Below, piece by piece: positions 1 through 13,344 of a DNA stretch of 64,000 nt. The position numbers and the translations under genes were made by a program. Each line of letters begins with the position of its first letter. Within the stretch, counting starts at the first letter, position 1. Under the pieces are notes generated by a model. It was not told where the DNA came from. It did not search any database and saw only the letters and a list, made by a program, of their open reading frames with translations. Source of the stretch: Octopus sinensis (Eukaryota); the NCBI RefSeq assembly GCF_006345805.1, contig NC_043010.1:19902001-19966000 (forward strand). Direction: 5' to 3'.

Positions 1-404
1 GCATTCTGCAGCCAGATGCCCTTCCTAATGCCAGCCACTTTACAGACTGCACCAAGTGCTCTTTATGTGGCACCAGCACTTCTGAGCTCACCAAGGAACT
101 TGCAATGACACACACCCCTCAATTGAGAGGGAGAGTAGCACCGAGGGAGGTGGGTGTATGCCAGGTGTTGAGAACTGAAATTATGATAGAACGACAGGTA
201 CAAATGCCTTGCCGTATGAGAAATACATGATTACCCCAGCTGGAAAGGGAGAAAGGATTGTGATGATGAGGTATCGGGGTGGAACCTCAAATGAACAGGG
301 AGTGAAGAGAGAACACAGATAGAGGATTGGAAAGAGTGGGTAGAGAGGTAGGTAATGAAATACAAATGCCCATATATATATAAATATATATATATACACA
401 CATA

Positions 405-1255
405 CAGGGTGCAATGGGTAAATTGTTGCCAATTTATATTTTTAATTTCATGCATGCGCATTGTTTGTTTTTTATTTTGACAGCTACACAGTATAGTAAG
501 GTCAGTTGGGCACCATCTGTGAGGAAAACAGCACCATGACACAATTCACTCGGACACAAATTTGGAAATGACATGCTGTACTGCTTGGAATTTATGTCGG
601 GAGCTCCAATATTAACATTTCATAGTGTTTGGGTGGCAATCTGAGGACAATGCATGTACCAAGAGTGATAAAAATCAAATATCCAGTCATGGTGTTTGGA
701 GTGATCACTAGTGACAGTGACGTTATGCCTCCATTCATCTTCTCACACAGCCTCACGCTCAACATGGAGGCTTACATTAAGTGCCTGGAGGAAATAGTGC
801 TACCCTGGGTGAAGAAGATGGCTGCTGGAAGACCCTATGTCTGCCACACAAGCAGGAGAACCCAGTCATAGCTGTCAGATATTTTCTGTGACCACACCAC
901 TGCTAATATCTGACCACCTAACTCCCCAGACTGCAATCCCGTGATTATTATGAGTAGGGTACAGTTGAGTGAGAGACCAACAAAACTCCTTGTAACACCA
1001 AAGACAAACTGAAGGCAAGGATTATGGCAACATTCACCAACTTAAACAAGGTGACCATCCAGAAGAGTTGCAGGAGATTCCAAAGTTGTCTGGATGCTGT
1101 GGGTTGAAGTAATTGGCGATTTTATTGGATAGATTTACTCTTTAGTATTTCAAGATATCTTTATGTAATTTTGGTAAATATATCTGTTAAGATGAGATGT
1201 CAATGTTATTTTCCTTTTTGCTTAATTTAGACGTCAGTATATTCACTGCACCATG
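405..1255 (+). mobile_element. Internally deleted Tc1/mariner (DD37D/maT-type) transposon relic
   Basis: TA-flanked with degenerate TIRs (CAGGGTGCAATG... / ...CACTGCACCATG). ORF 629-871 (VMVFGVITSDSDVMPPFIF...EEIVLPWVKKM) continues through frameshifts into PPNSPDCNP and ETNKTPCNTKDKLKARIMA, typical of the mariner catalytic C-terminus. Confidence 0.8.
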
Positions 1256-1264
1256 TATATATAT

Positions 1265-1316
<52 letters not shown>

Positions 1317-1317
<1 letters not shown>

Positions 1318-2098
1318 CATCATCATCATTGTTTAATATCTGTTTTCCATGCTGGCATGGGTTGGATGGTTTGACCGGTGACTGGTAAGCCAGGAGGCTG
1401 CTCCAGGCTCCAATCTGATCTGGCAATGTTTATACAGCTGGATGCCCTTCCTAATGCCAACCACTCAGAGAGTGTAGTGGGTGCTTTTTACGTGCAAGCA
1501 GCACAGGAGCCAGTCAGGCGGCACTGGCATCGACCCCATTTGGATGGTGCTTTTTACGTGCTACCAGCACAGGAGCCAGTGGGTGTAGTGGGGCTGGCAT
1601 CGACTACATTTGGATGGTGCTCTTTACATACCACCGGCATGGGGAGCCAGTCAGGCGGTACTGGCAACAACCCATGCACGAATAGTGCTTATTGCGTGCC
1701 ACCAGCATAAGAGCCAGTCAGATGGCACAGGTATCGGTCACAACTACAATTTCCATTTTTGATTGTGATTTTACTTCACTCAATAGGTCTTCTCAAGTGC
1801 AGCGTATCACCTGATGATTCAAGGCTACTTTTAAATGGGTTGGTTATGTGACACCGGGATAAGCTACGGCTGTGATCTCACTTTACTTGCTGGGTGTTCT
1901 CAATCACAGCATATCTCCAGAGGTCTCAGTCTCATGTCATTGCCACTGTAGGCCCAATGTTTGAAGGTCATGCTTCACCACCTCATCCCATATATTCCTG
2001 TGTCTATCTCTTCCATGGGTTCCTTCCACTATTAGGGAGTGACACTTCTTCGCCAGCACAGTCATCTCTCTTGCATACCACATCTGATGCTTCTTATG
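1317..2098 (-). mobile_element. RTE-clade non-LTR retroelement 3' fragment with (GAT)n tail
   Basis: Minus strand encodes the RT C-terminus (KKCHSLIVEGTHGRDRHRNIWDEVVKHDLQTLGL), followed by the window's common 3' module (CTGGATGCCCTTCCTAATGCCAACCAC) and a (CAT)n tail at 1317-1330. Confidence 0.75.
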
Positions 2099-2125
2099 TA
2101 TACATATATATATATATGTATGTAT

Positions 2126-2175
<50 letters not shown>

Positions 2176-2650
2176 TATATATACACATATATATATGTAT
2201 GCGTATGGGCAGATCGTATTTCTTTGCTCTCTCCACATTCCTTCACCCAGCTCTTCTTTTATATCTTCTTCTTTATTTCCCCCCCTCATCAAGTTTGGTG
2301 TTTAAAGCATTTAGTGTTGAGCCAACGAATTTGAGTTCACTTCTTCCACCTATATGGGAAGCACTTTGAAAGAAGTTCTACAAGATGGTCAATCTTTGGA
2401 TCGGAATTTGTATCATAATTGATTTTATATACATATTTGTGTGTGTGAGTGCATGCATGTATGTGTTATGTATGCATACACACATATATATATATAGTGA
2501 GAATTTACAAAAAAATAAACAAAAGACAAAGACGGGTGTATAAACAACAAACAGGTGTATTAGTTTAATGCTTGGGAAGTGAGAAAGTCTTTTACATTTC
2601 GATCCCATGTTCTTCAACATAAAGGAACACAGCAATAAGCAGACAGAGGA

Positions 2651-2689
<39 letters not shown>

Positions 2690-2713
2690 CATATATATGT
2701 ACATATGTATACG

Positions 2714-2950
2714 TGTGTGTGTGTATCACCAACCGATTGAGGTCGCTGCCAGCCCCCTCTGGCCCCTGTGCTGGTGGCACGTAAAAAGCACCCACTACAC
2801 TCATGGAGTGGTTGGGGTTAGGAAGGGCATCCAGCTGTAGACACACTGCCAGATCAGATTGGAGCCTGGTGCAGCCTCCTGGCTTCCCAGACCCCAGTCA
2901 AGCTGCCCAACCTATGCCAGCAAGGAAAAGGAACGTTAAACGATGATGGT
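2714..2950 (+). mobile_element. RTE-related non-autonomous repeat, 3' module
   Basis: GTAAAAAGCACCCACTACACTC...GGAAGGGCATCCAGCTGTAG...AACGTTAAACGATGATG. Further copies at about 4150-4350, 18615-19090, 20560-20710, 21560-21795, 23770-24155, 25750-26100, 38250-38592 and 39085-39340. Confidence 0.7.
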
Positions 2951-2951
2951 G

Positions 2952-2997
<46 letters not shown>

Positions 2998-4429
2998 GAT
3001 AGATTTTTTTCTTAACTTCTCTTAGGCATTAGATTGTGGTCATGCTTGTCTCTTCCAACCAACCCCTACCCCTGCAGTCCAACGCTATTTTGTCATCTCT
3101 CTCTCTCCTGTCCTCCTTCTACAATCCAGCTGCTCCTGTATTTCCCCATATTCACCACTAATTACATTCCCCTCCTCCTTCCCAGTCCCCTAATCTCTTT
3201 TTGCACTCTCCTGAACTACCGTTCTCCCTCACCCTATCCCAGGGGTTGCCAGACTTTTTCAACCATCAACCGCCTTTAGCCACTTCTTCTACACCGACCA
3301 CCCTCCTCATTTAAGATATCTAAATACCTTACCATACCATTTCTTAAATGTGTACCAGGTACTGATGCTGGCAATCAAAATGTTAGCTAAAATATCCAGG
3401 TACGACAAATTAAGAAATTCTATTGAAGATGACTCACTTTTTACGTTTAAAACTACAAGTATAAAGTTTTAGACTTTCAATTTTTATGAAATTGTTTTCA
3501 TGGTTAGAAAATGTGCAAAATGCATCGTATTGCTGGAATATCTTTTATTGAAATTGGCAACATCAATGTGAGGGATGAGCATGGTGATCCTGAATCAAGG
3601 CATTGATATCAGGCTGAATGTCAATCAGTTTCAATCTCAAATCACCTCGTTCCTCCACATTCAGGCAATTTCTGTAAGCAAACACTCGACAGTCCACATA
3701 CCCTCTGTCACACCTCTCAATCTTCGATTACGATACAGATTATGACATCAGGCCTTGAATGTTAGCAACTGCAGATTTCTCGCTGCAGTGGAAATCTATC
3801 ATGTTTCACCACATTTCATGCTGCTGGCTAAGTATATCAAGCAGTTCATCTGGGGGAGCTGGTCTTTTGCATGCCAACCCCCATTCAACCCCTGGCTATC
3901 ATCAACACCCTGTAATTTCTTATGGACCCCCTATCCAGTCTCCTTACATTCACCTCCCTGTACCTTGAGGGTATGCCTTGGCACATCAACACCATCTCTC
4001 TCTCTGACCAGGACAGCCATGTATCTCCTCCACAGCAAGATGCCTATTTTTGTTCTTTCATACTCTAACCTCTTATCCTCCACCCCTCACCTCCTTCAAT
4101 ACGACTCCCAGGCTCATTCGTTGGGGTCTTTGTCTTGCACCTTACTCAGTGACCTCACCAGTGCTGGTGCCATGTTAAAAGTACCCAGTACACACTGGAC
4201 AGTGGTTAGTATTGAGAAGGGCATCCAACTATGGAAACCATATCAAAGCAGATAGTAGAGCTTGGTGCAGTCATGGTCTACTGGCCAGCTCCTGTCAAAA
4301 GCATCCAACCCATGCTGGTATGGAAAATGGTTGTTAAATGGTCATGATGATGATGGGGAAGAGATGATGTATGTATTTATGAGTGTATGTGTATGTATGT
4401 ATGTATATATATTCTTTTACTTGTTTCAC

Positions 4430-4572
4430 TCATCAATCGCAGGACTTATTCTTTGTAAGCTCAGTACTTATTCTATCAGTTACTTTTACCAAACTGCTAA
4501 GTTACGGGGGACGTAAACACATCAACATCAGTTGTCAAGAGATGGTGGGGGGACAAACACAAACAGACAGAC

Positions 4573-4623
<51 letters not shown>

Positions 4624-4765
4624 GCTTCTTTTCAGTTTCCATCTACCAAATCCACTCACAGCCCGAGGCTATAATAGAAGACACTTTCCCAAGGTACTAC
4701 GCAGTGGGATTGAACCCAGAACCATGTGGTAAGGAAGCAGGCTTCTTACCACACAGCCATGCTGC
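4430..4765 (-). mobile_element. tRNA-derived SINE (same family as 17919-18297)
   Basis: Reverse complement gives GGCTGTGTGGTAAGAAGCCTGCTTCC...GGTTCAATCCCACTGCGTAG (tRNA-like A/B boxes) and the shared core GAGTGGATTTGGTAGATGGAAACTGAAAAGAAGCCC. Confidence 0.7.
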
Positions 4766-5481
4766 ACCTATAATTGAATAAAAAATGCCAACGGCCCTTC
4801 AGCAACAACACACCCTGATAAGCTCAGTGACTATTACTAATTTCAGGCCATATAAGAGAGAGAATGTTCTTGAAGCCGAGGAGTTTAAACTTATGGAGAC
4901 AATATTTACATATTGCCTGAGGAAACACAACTTGATCTCATAATGCAGGGAACAGTTGCATAATCAAGTACTTGCACACCTGTAGAATTATGTTGCATGG
5001 AAACAATTGTAGTGATTAAAAAATGAATGTCACCCCTTCTTGTTGACTCCAATTTTTTTGCTTATATATTCACACATGACAGATGCCCAAACATAAACCT
5101 GGAAGTATGTATAATACTACTACTGGATAACTCAGGGTAAATCTGAGGGTGGCTGAAGTTTATACTGTACTCTACTACGTTCTTAACATACCATAACTAT
5201 ATATATATATATAAATTAGAAAAAAACCACCTTTTATCAATTCAAAATGAACAATTAAATTACACCATCTAGAAAATTACATATAATAGAAATATTAAAA
5301 TTAAAATAACAATAAAATATCAATAATTAAGTAAATTGCAAAAAAAATAATAAAAACGTATATAATTGGTATATATTGTGTGAAATTTGATTTAGTATTT
5401 CTAAATTGAATTTTTTTCCCTGTAAATTTGGATTAATATTCCCTCAAATAATTAATATATATATATATATATACACACACA

Positions 5482-6609
5482 CAGGGTATGTTAGGTATTT
5501 GAGGACATACCTTTATTGGTTCATTGCTGCATTTTTTGCTAACTGTGTATAATATTTGTTTCAGAAAATTATAATGGCACACCCTCAGCTTACTCAAGAA
5601 ATGAAGAGGCATGCTGTTATTGTGGTTATAAAGGCTGAGCATAGGGATTTAGAAATATCTCAATTTTTAAAAGTTGCTAGATCTTTCATCTACAAAGTTT
5701 GTAAGGAGCTAGAGACTGAAGATGGAAATGTTTCACTAGTATCAAAGCATAAAAAGCATTCTAAATGCTCCGAAATCATCAGAACACCTAAATTTATCCA
5801 ACAAGTTCAACATATCATTGATTACAATCTCAGAAAGTCCATGAGATCAATTGCAATAGAACTCCATGTGTCAGAAGAAACAGTCAGAAACGTTGTTCAC
5901 GAAGATATCAGATATAAGTCTTATATGATGAGGAAAGGCCAATTTGTCAGAGAAAGCAAAGAAAATTACTACATCAGATCTAAAACTGAAAAATCCAGCA
6001 GAAGAAGAACTGATTTGGTTTTTACTCAAACAAGGAAAACTTCAACCAATACCAAAATGTTAACATAAGAAATGACAGTTGGTTATGTGCAGACCTTTCT
6101 GAATTTCCAAGTGTTATGCATACAAACTTTTCTGCAACTGTCATGGTTTTAAAGGTTGTCAGCACTGAAGGACATGTGATGCCTTCTTACTTCTTTCCAC
6201 AAGGCCTTAGATTTAACTCTGCTGTCTATATTGAGGTCCTGGAAATAATTGTTAATCCCTGGATAGACAGTGTATGCAATGGAAAGCATTATGTGTCTCA
6301 GTAAAACTCTGCACTATTACACATGGCTCTAGTAATAAAGGAATGGATGGCTGAAAATTTTCATGATCACATAACCCCTATCATTTGGCCTCCTAATTCC
6401 CCAAATCTCAATCCATTAAACTATTACATGTGGAGCGTTGTTGAGAGACAGAGGTCAATGAACATGCCCATAACACCAAAGATTCTTTGAAAGCTGCTAT
6501 AGTCAGAGTAATGTCCAAAATGAACCAGGACCACTTGATTTGAGCATGTAGATGATCTAGATCTCATATAGAAGCAGTTGTTGAAGCTGAAGGTGGCTTT
6601 ATTGAATAA
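5482..6609 (+). mobile_element. Near full-length DD37D-type mariner transposase pseudogene
   Basis: ORF 5556-6068 has the HTH region (KSMRSIAIELHVSEETVRNVVHEDIRYKSY). ORF 6116-6304 and its continuation give VMVLKVVSTEGHVMP...Q*NSALLH...WPPNSPNLNPLNYY, with 37 residues between the last two catalytic positions, both mutated D to N. Stops and frameshifts present. Confidence 0.85.
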
Positions 6610-6656
6610 CATTATAGAAAAGAAGGTTTATTTTTATCCTCACAGCATATATATAT

Positions 6657-7137
6657 ATATACACAAATTCTATAATTATGTGCATAATTATAATTAGGGT
6701 TCATCAAAATTTGCTTCACCACATACTGAAATTTAGAAATAGCAGTTAAAAAACTATTCTACTACCATAAGATATCTCCCAGACAGCAGTACTTTACTAC
6801 TCATGCAGGCTATTTGATGGCGCTTGGTTGAGTATGTATGTTAATTATCAGTGCTCTCAAATTAAAAATTTGAAATACTGTACTGAGGAAGGGAATAAGT
6901 AAGAAGAAATATGATTTTACATCTCTTTAACCCCGAAACGCGTATACAGTTAAAGCCGAGTGGATTCATTATTTTTTCTCTTTACCTGTGTGAGTTGTAG
7001 AGTATTACTGTCTGGGAGATATCTTACGGTGGTAGAATAGTATTTTAACTGCTATTTTCTAAATTTCGGTATGTGGTGAAGCAAATTTTGCTGAACCCTA
7101 ATTATAATTATACTTATAATTATAGAATTTTTGTATA
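6657..7137 (+). mobile_element. Penelope-type non-autonomous element: ~153-bp inverted repeats around a hammerhead ribozyme
   Basis: 6657-6809 is the imperfect reverse complement of 6985-7137, and the spacer contains the hammerhead core. Confidence 0.65.
6877..6950 (+). ncRNA. Type I hammerhead ribozyme, minimal form with palindromic stem III
   Basis: ACTGTA-CTGAGGA-AGGG...CCCC-GAAAC-GC-GTA-TACAGT: 6-bp stem I (ACTGTA/TACAGT), CUGAnGA and GAAA boxes, palindromic ACGCGT stem III, predicted cleavage after A6944. Confidence 0.7.
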
Positions 7138-7241
7138 AGCTTACTGATAATGGCTCTTTTAATATGTAGAACTACTTGGTAAAATTATTAATTATTAATT
7201 GATTAATTAATTTTACCCTTTGTTATTATTATTATCATCAT

Positions 7242-7276
<35 letters not shown>

Positions 7277-8424
7277 GGAGTAAACACATAAATGTGAAAC
7301 AAGGTGGAAAAAAAGAGTACTCAAATACCGGAGGTAGAGTAATATGCTATATTTAAAAGCAGCAGAAATTTAATTTCTGGTGCTTTTAAATAAAGTATAT
7401 ATATATATATATAACAGATATCCACTCTATTTGGACTCAACAGAACAGGAGGAGACGCTTGAGATGAGGAGTCACTGAAGAGGTCACAGGAGGTGTGATG
7501 AAAGATTTCGAAATAAAGGTCATAAAAGAAGAAAAGTAATAAATCTGAAATGAAGAATGTATATATATAGTGAGAGTATCTATTTTTTTTTAAAAAAGAA
7601 AGACCATCTCCAAATACAACAGCATATATATATATATAACAATATGTGTGTGTGTACATTATTTACATTTGACGGTTTATTTGTTCTCATCTTGTTTGTT
7701 GTTAACACAACATTTTGGCTGATATACCCTCCAGCCTTCATCAGGTGTCTTGGGGAAATTTTGAACCTGGGTTCTCATTCCTAAAGTATTTTTTTATGTT
7801 ATTATTATTATTATTGTATGTATGTGTGTGTGTGTTTGATTAAGTCTTTGGCCAAATTCCATGCTGCATTTGCCTATGTAAAACAAAACCCTGACTTGGT
7901 AGACTTCTAAGGATTTGAAACAGAAAACCTATCTGATACAGGTTGATGTAATAAGTGGTTATGCTAGAAATGGAGTCAACAACCACTGTGTGTGTGTGTA
8001 TGTATAAACAGTTCAACATCGATAAAACACATTAATCCCCACTAATCCATGTCTGATCATTCTCTGATCTCTTATCTATAAGGTAAAAAAGATTATCCGT
8101 TATTGTCATAGTTATTGTGGCATTAACCAAATAATCGTGGTTCAATGAAACAGTTGTCTTCATTTGATCTCTGAGGTAACAAAGAGTTTTAGCTCCTATT
8201 TTGTTGTTTGCTTAAAAATGCCAATATAGGTCATGGTGGAGGAGGAGGAGAAGGAGGTAGGAGTAAGTTGATCAGGTTGAAAAACAACTTCTTAGATATG
8301 TGCATACGTGTATGTACACACAAAAACACACACACACACATATGTATATGTGTTTATTTATGTATATAGCTAGAGTATTTACCTCTTATGTTCATTTTCT
8401 TATAGAACACTGATATACATACAA

Positions 8425-8477
<53 letters not shown>

Positions 8478-8833
8478 TAAAATGAGATAGGGGTTGAAAA
8501 TTCAACCCACCATGGGATAACATATATCCAATATACTGCTAGATAGGTACCCAACAAGACTAATACATAGATGTTAAAAATTGCCAAACAATCAGTTCAT
8601 CTATTGTATTATATGGGTAAAGGTAATAATATTACCGTAAATTAATACTACAAAATTAGAAAATGGAGAAACATACTTAAATCAATAAAACATCAACTAT
8701 CAGATGATACCCAATCAATACTTTATTACACCATTACATATCAGTAAAGGCATTATACAAAATATACAGTAAAGGTAAATAGACAAAGAGATATAAGTAT
8801 AAAATTTCAAATATAATATGTAATTAAATCATA

Positions 8834-8942
8834 TCTGACAGCTGTTTCGGCAGAAGGGCAGTCATACCTCATTTAACCTATAAGCCATAAAGGCAGGTAT
8901 AAATGAGGCATTAACAAGGATGCCCCACGGCCTCTTCAGAGA
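8834..8942 (-). ncRNA. Type I hammerhead ribozyme in a Penelope-like pLTR relic
   Basis: Minus strand reads TCT-CTGAAGA-GGC...GCC-GAAAC-AGCT-GTC-AGA: stem I TCT/AGA, stem II GGC/GCC with a large loop, palindromic ACAGCTGT stem III, GUC cleavage triplet. Confidence 0.65.
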
Positions 8943-9277
8943 ATTAAATTTGTTATAATTGTGAAAAAATTATTTTTCCATATACATATAAATATAAAAA
9001 TATAAAAATGTAAAATATAAAAACTTATGCATAAACTTCATAATGCTACACTTGTATAATATAATACTCATTGGTACAATAATGCAAGGTAAACAAAACA
9101 AAATAAAACAAAATATATATCAGTGTATATATTAATATTAATAAGCACAGTTATTATACATATTTGGCTAATAGTTTTAAAAAACTAACACATAGGGAGA
9201 TGAAAAATAATAATTAAAACCATGGTTCAGTTCATAAAATTATAAAGCTATAAAAGTCAATAAAAATTACTATTAAT

Positions 9278-9308
<31 letters not shown>

Positions 9309-9632
9309 GATACAGTTAAGTTTGCACCAAGTCCATCCTTTCAAGATCGAAATAACTATATAGTACTTATCGAAATAACTATATAAGTACTTATAATTGC
9401 AATGCAATTTATTCATTCATTATATCGGATGAGCGAAGGTAAAATATTTTACCGTAAATTCATAATACAAATAAGAAAATGGAGGAACAAATTCATTTCA
9501 ATCAACAACTTACAGATATTACCAATTCATATTATTTATTAACTACATAAATAGAAACATCCAAATCGAACAAAACAATATGCATCAATATGCAAGATAA
9601 TAATACCATAAGAATAATACACATAAAATGGT

Positions 9633-9753
9633 CCTTACAGCTGTTTCAGCCTATAGATAAAAGTATCTCATTGTGCCTATATTAGTCAGATGTATTGAGA
9701 TAATATGCAGTTAAAAATGTACTTATATATATATCTCAAGGCCTCGTCAGAGG
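9633..9753 (-). ncRNA. Type I hammerhead ribozyme
   Basis: Minus strand reads CCT-CTGACGA-GGCCT...AGGCT-GAAAC-AGCT-GTA-AGG: stem I CCT/AGG, 5-bp stem II, GUA cleavage triplet. Confidence 0.7.
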
Positions 9754-9817
9754 TTATAAAATACAATTATAAAAATGTAAATATAAATATGAAACAAAAT
9801 ACACATATATTTGGATG

Positions 9818-10010
<193 letters not shown>

Positions 10011-10289
10011 AAGCAAGTACCTCATTTTTAACTGCATATTACCTCAGTACATCAGACTAATATAAGCAGAATGAGATACTTTTATCTATAGGCCGAAACA
10101 GCTGTAAGGACCATTTTATGTGTATTATTCTATTATTCTTATGGTATTATTATCTTGCATATTGATGTATATTGTTTTGTTCGATTTGGATGTTCCTATT
10201 TATATAATTAATAAATAATATGAAATGGTAATATCTGTAAGTTGATGATTGAAATGAATTTGTTCCTCCATTTTATTACTTGTATTATA

Positions 10290-10626
10290 CATACACACAC
10301 ATATATATATATATACATATATATGTATATATATATACACATATATATACATATATATGTATATATATATATATACATATATATATTTATATATATATAT
10401 ACATGTATATATTTATATATATATATATACATGTATATATTTATATATATATATATACATGTATATATTTATATATATATATATACATGTATATATTTAT
10501 ACATACATACATACATATATTTATACATACATACATACATATATATATTTATACATACATACATATATATATTTATACATACATACATACATATATATAT
10601 TTATACATAAATACATATATATATTT

Positions 10627-10659
<33 letters not shown>

Positions 10660-10660
10660 A
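10290..10660. repeat. Compound (TA)n/(TACA)n microsatellite with higher-order units
   Basis: Direct inspection; repeated ATACATGTATATATTT and ACATACATATATATTT units. Confidence 0.95.
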
Positions 10661-11323
10661 AATATATTTGCCAACTAAATGTGGCAGTCCTGTAGATAAC
10701 AATGTTACTGTTGTTTTTAGCCCCAGGAAGACATCTCCTCCATGTTCGGATGGTGCTTTTTACGTGCCATCGGCACGGGGAGCCAGTCAGGTGACTTCGT
10801 ACCTTACAAGTTTCTATGACTCAAGAAGGTAACTTTACCTTTTTTTCACTACTAAGCATTTTGCCTGGTTTGCTAACAATACTACCAGCTTGTGGCTTTG
10901 GAATACGCTAATATTGGTTTCAAATTTTGGCGCAAAGCCAGTAATGTTAGTGGAACGGTTAAGTCCATTACACTGAGCTCCTGTGATCAACTGGTAGTTA
11001 CTTCGTCAACCTTAAAAGAATGAAAGATAAAGTTGAACTCAGGAATTAAAGATTGTTCAAATGATGCCAAGCATTTTGCCTGGCCTGTTAAGAATTCTAC
11101 CAGCCAACCACAGCCTTACAATATCAACACCAACCAGCACTGTGCGTATGTTAGCTTGTAATAGTTGCTTAGGACACACGTAGAGCAAACCAGAGAATAC
11201 TTTGTTACTGATATGAAAGAACTTCTAATTATTACAGAAATAAACTGACCCATACATTGTACTGATTTAATTTATTCTATAATAAAAGAGAACTTTTTCT
11301 CTATTCACTAACATTACAAGCAG

Positions 11324-11445
11324 TGTAATAATAATGGAGGAAACCATGAGGATTATGAAGCTTTGCTGAGATCTGTCATGTGAATGTAGCAATCTGTATG
11401 CAGTCTGTAATATCAACTAGCACATATACATGTGTGTGTGTGCGT

Positions 11446-11477
<32 letters not shown>

Positions 11478-13313
11478 TATATGTATCTGTGACCGTGACT
11501 GACCAGGTTATCAGATGGTGTTACACATCGCTGGTCACAATGCGCTTTGCATTGTTTTAGCCTTCAAATGATGCCACCCCGCTGGCTAAGCGAGCAGGCC
11601 AACAGAAGAATAAGGGAAAGTTGCGGCGAAAGAGTACAGCAGGGACCGCCACCATCCCCTGCCGGAGCCTTGTGGAGCTTTGGGTGTTTTCGCTCAATAA
11701 ACACTCACAACGCCCGGTCTGGGAATTGAAACCGCGATGCTACAACCGCAAGTCCGCTGCCCTAACCACTGGGCCATTGCACCTCCTATCTATCTATCTA
11801 TATATATATATGCATATATATCCGTAACCGACCAGGCTATCAGATGGTGTTACACATCACTGGTCATAATAAGCTTTGCATTGCTTTAGCCTTCAAATGA
11901 CGCCACCCTGCCAGCTAAGCGAGTAGGCCAACAGAAGAATGAGTGAGAGAAAGTTGTGGCGAAAGAGTACAGCAGGGATCGCCACCACCCCCTGCTGGAG
12001 CCTCGTGGAGCTTTAGGTGTTTTTGCTCAATAAACACTCACAATGCCCTGTCTGGGAATTGAAACCACGATCCTACGACCACGAGTATGCTGTCCTAACC
12101 ACTGGGCCATTGCCTATATATATAGACACACGCACACTCTCTATATACCGGTTTCATTAGTCACAGCATTCCCCCCTCCCCACTTTTGCAAACTCCCTAC
12201 TCACTCAACCTGGGCAATCCACTCTCATTCAATTTACATCCTCGTACCTTGATAGAGTGTCCTGGCACCATCTCTCTCGCTCTCTTTTACTTTCACCCTC
12301 TCTCTCTCCCTCACCCTCCCACTGGGGCAACCATGTGTCTCCTCTACAGCAAGACACCTGTTTCTGCCACTTCATCATACTCTAACCTCTCATCACCTGT
12401 ATAAACCCACCTCCTTCCATTCCCCCACACTCTTTCACGGCAGTGAAAGATGGGCTGTGACTGCAAAGGACATGCGTAGGCTTGAAAGAAATGAAGCTAG
12501 CATGATCTGCTGGATGTGTAATGTCAGTGTGCACACACGACAGAGTGTAAGCGCCCTAGGGAGAAATGCTGGACATAAGAAGCATCAGATGTGGTGTGCA
12601 AGAGAGACATTTGCGCTGGTATGGTCATGTACTGCAGATGGATGAGGAGAGATGTGTGAAGTGCCACTCCCAAACAGTTGAAGGTATCTGGGAGAGAGGT
12701 AGACCCAGGAAGACATGGGATGAGGTGGTTAAGCATGACCTTCGAACATTGGGCCTCACAGAGGCAATGACGAAAGACCGAGATCTCTGGAGATATGCTG
12801 TGACTGCGAAGACCCGACAAATAATGTGAGCTCATGACTGTTTCCTGCACCAGTTTCACATAGCCCCAGCCCATCAAAAGTACCTGGATTGCAGAACGAC
12901 CTGCTGTGCTTACCTTGGATTGTAGGGTGACCTGCTGTGCTTGAGGAGACCTATTGAGTCAAGTACACCAACATCAAAATAAAAATCAAATGGAAATTGT
13001 AGTTGTGATACCTGTGCCATTGGCACGTAAATAGCACCATGCGAACGTGGCCGATGCCAGCGCCGCCTTGACTGGCTTCTGTGCCGGTGGCATATAAAAA
13101 GCACCAACCGATCGTGGCTGCTGCCAGCCTCCCCTGGCACGTATAAAGCACCCACTACACTCAAGGAGTGGTTGGCATTAGGAAGGATATTCAGCTGTAG
13201 AAACACTGCTAGATCAGACTGGAGCCTGTTGCAGCCTCCTGGCTTCCCAAACCCCAGTCAAACCATCCAACCTGTGCTAGCACAGAAAACAGACATTAAA
13301 CAATGATGATGAT

Positions 13314-13344
<31 letters not shown>

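Noticed and set aside
7705-7747. Hammerhead-like motif (minus strand CAC-CTGATGA-AGGCTG...CAGCC-AAAAT); a similar decayed motif lies at 2589-2620
   Set aside because: The GAAA box is mutated, probably by CpG decay, so these are treated as inactive relics.
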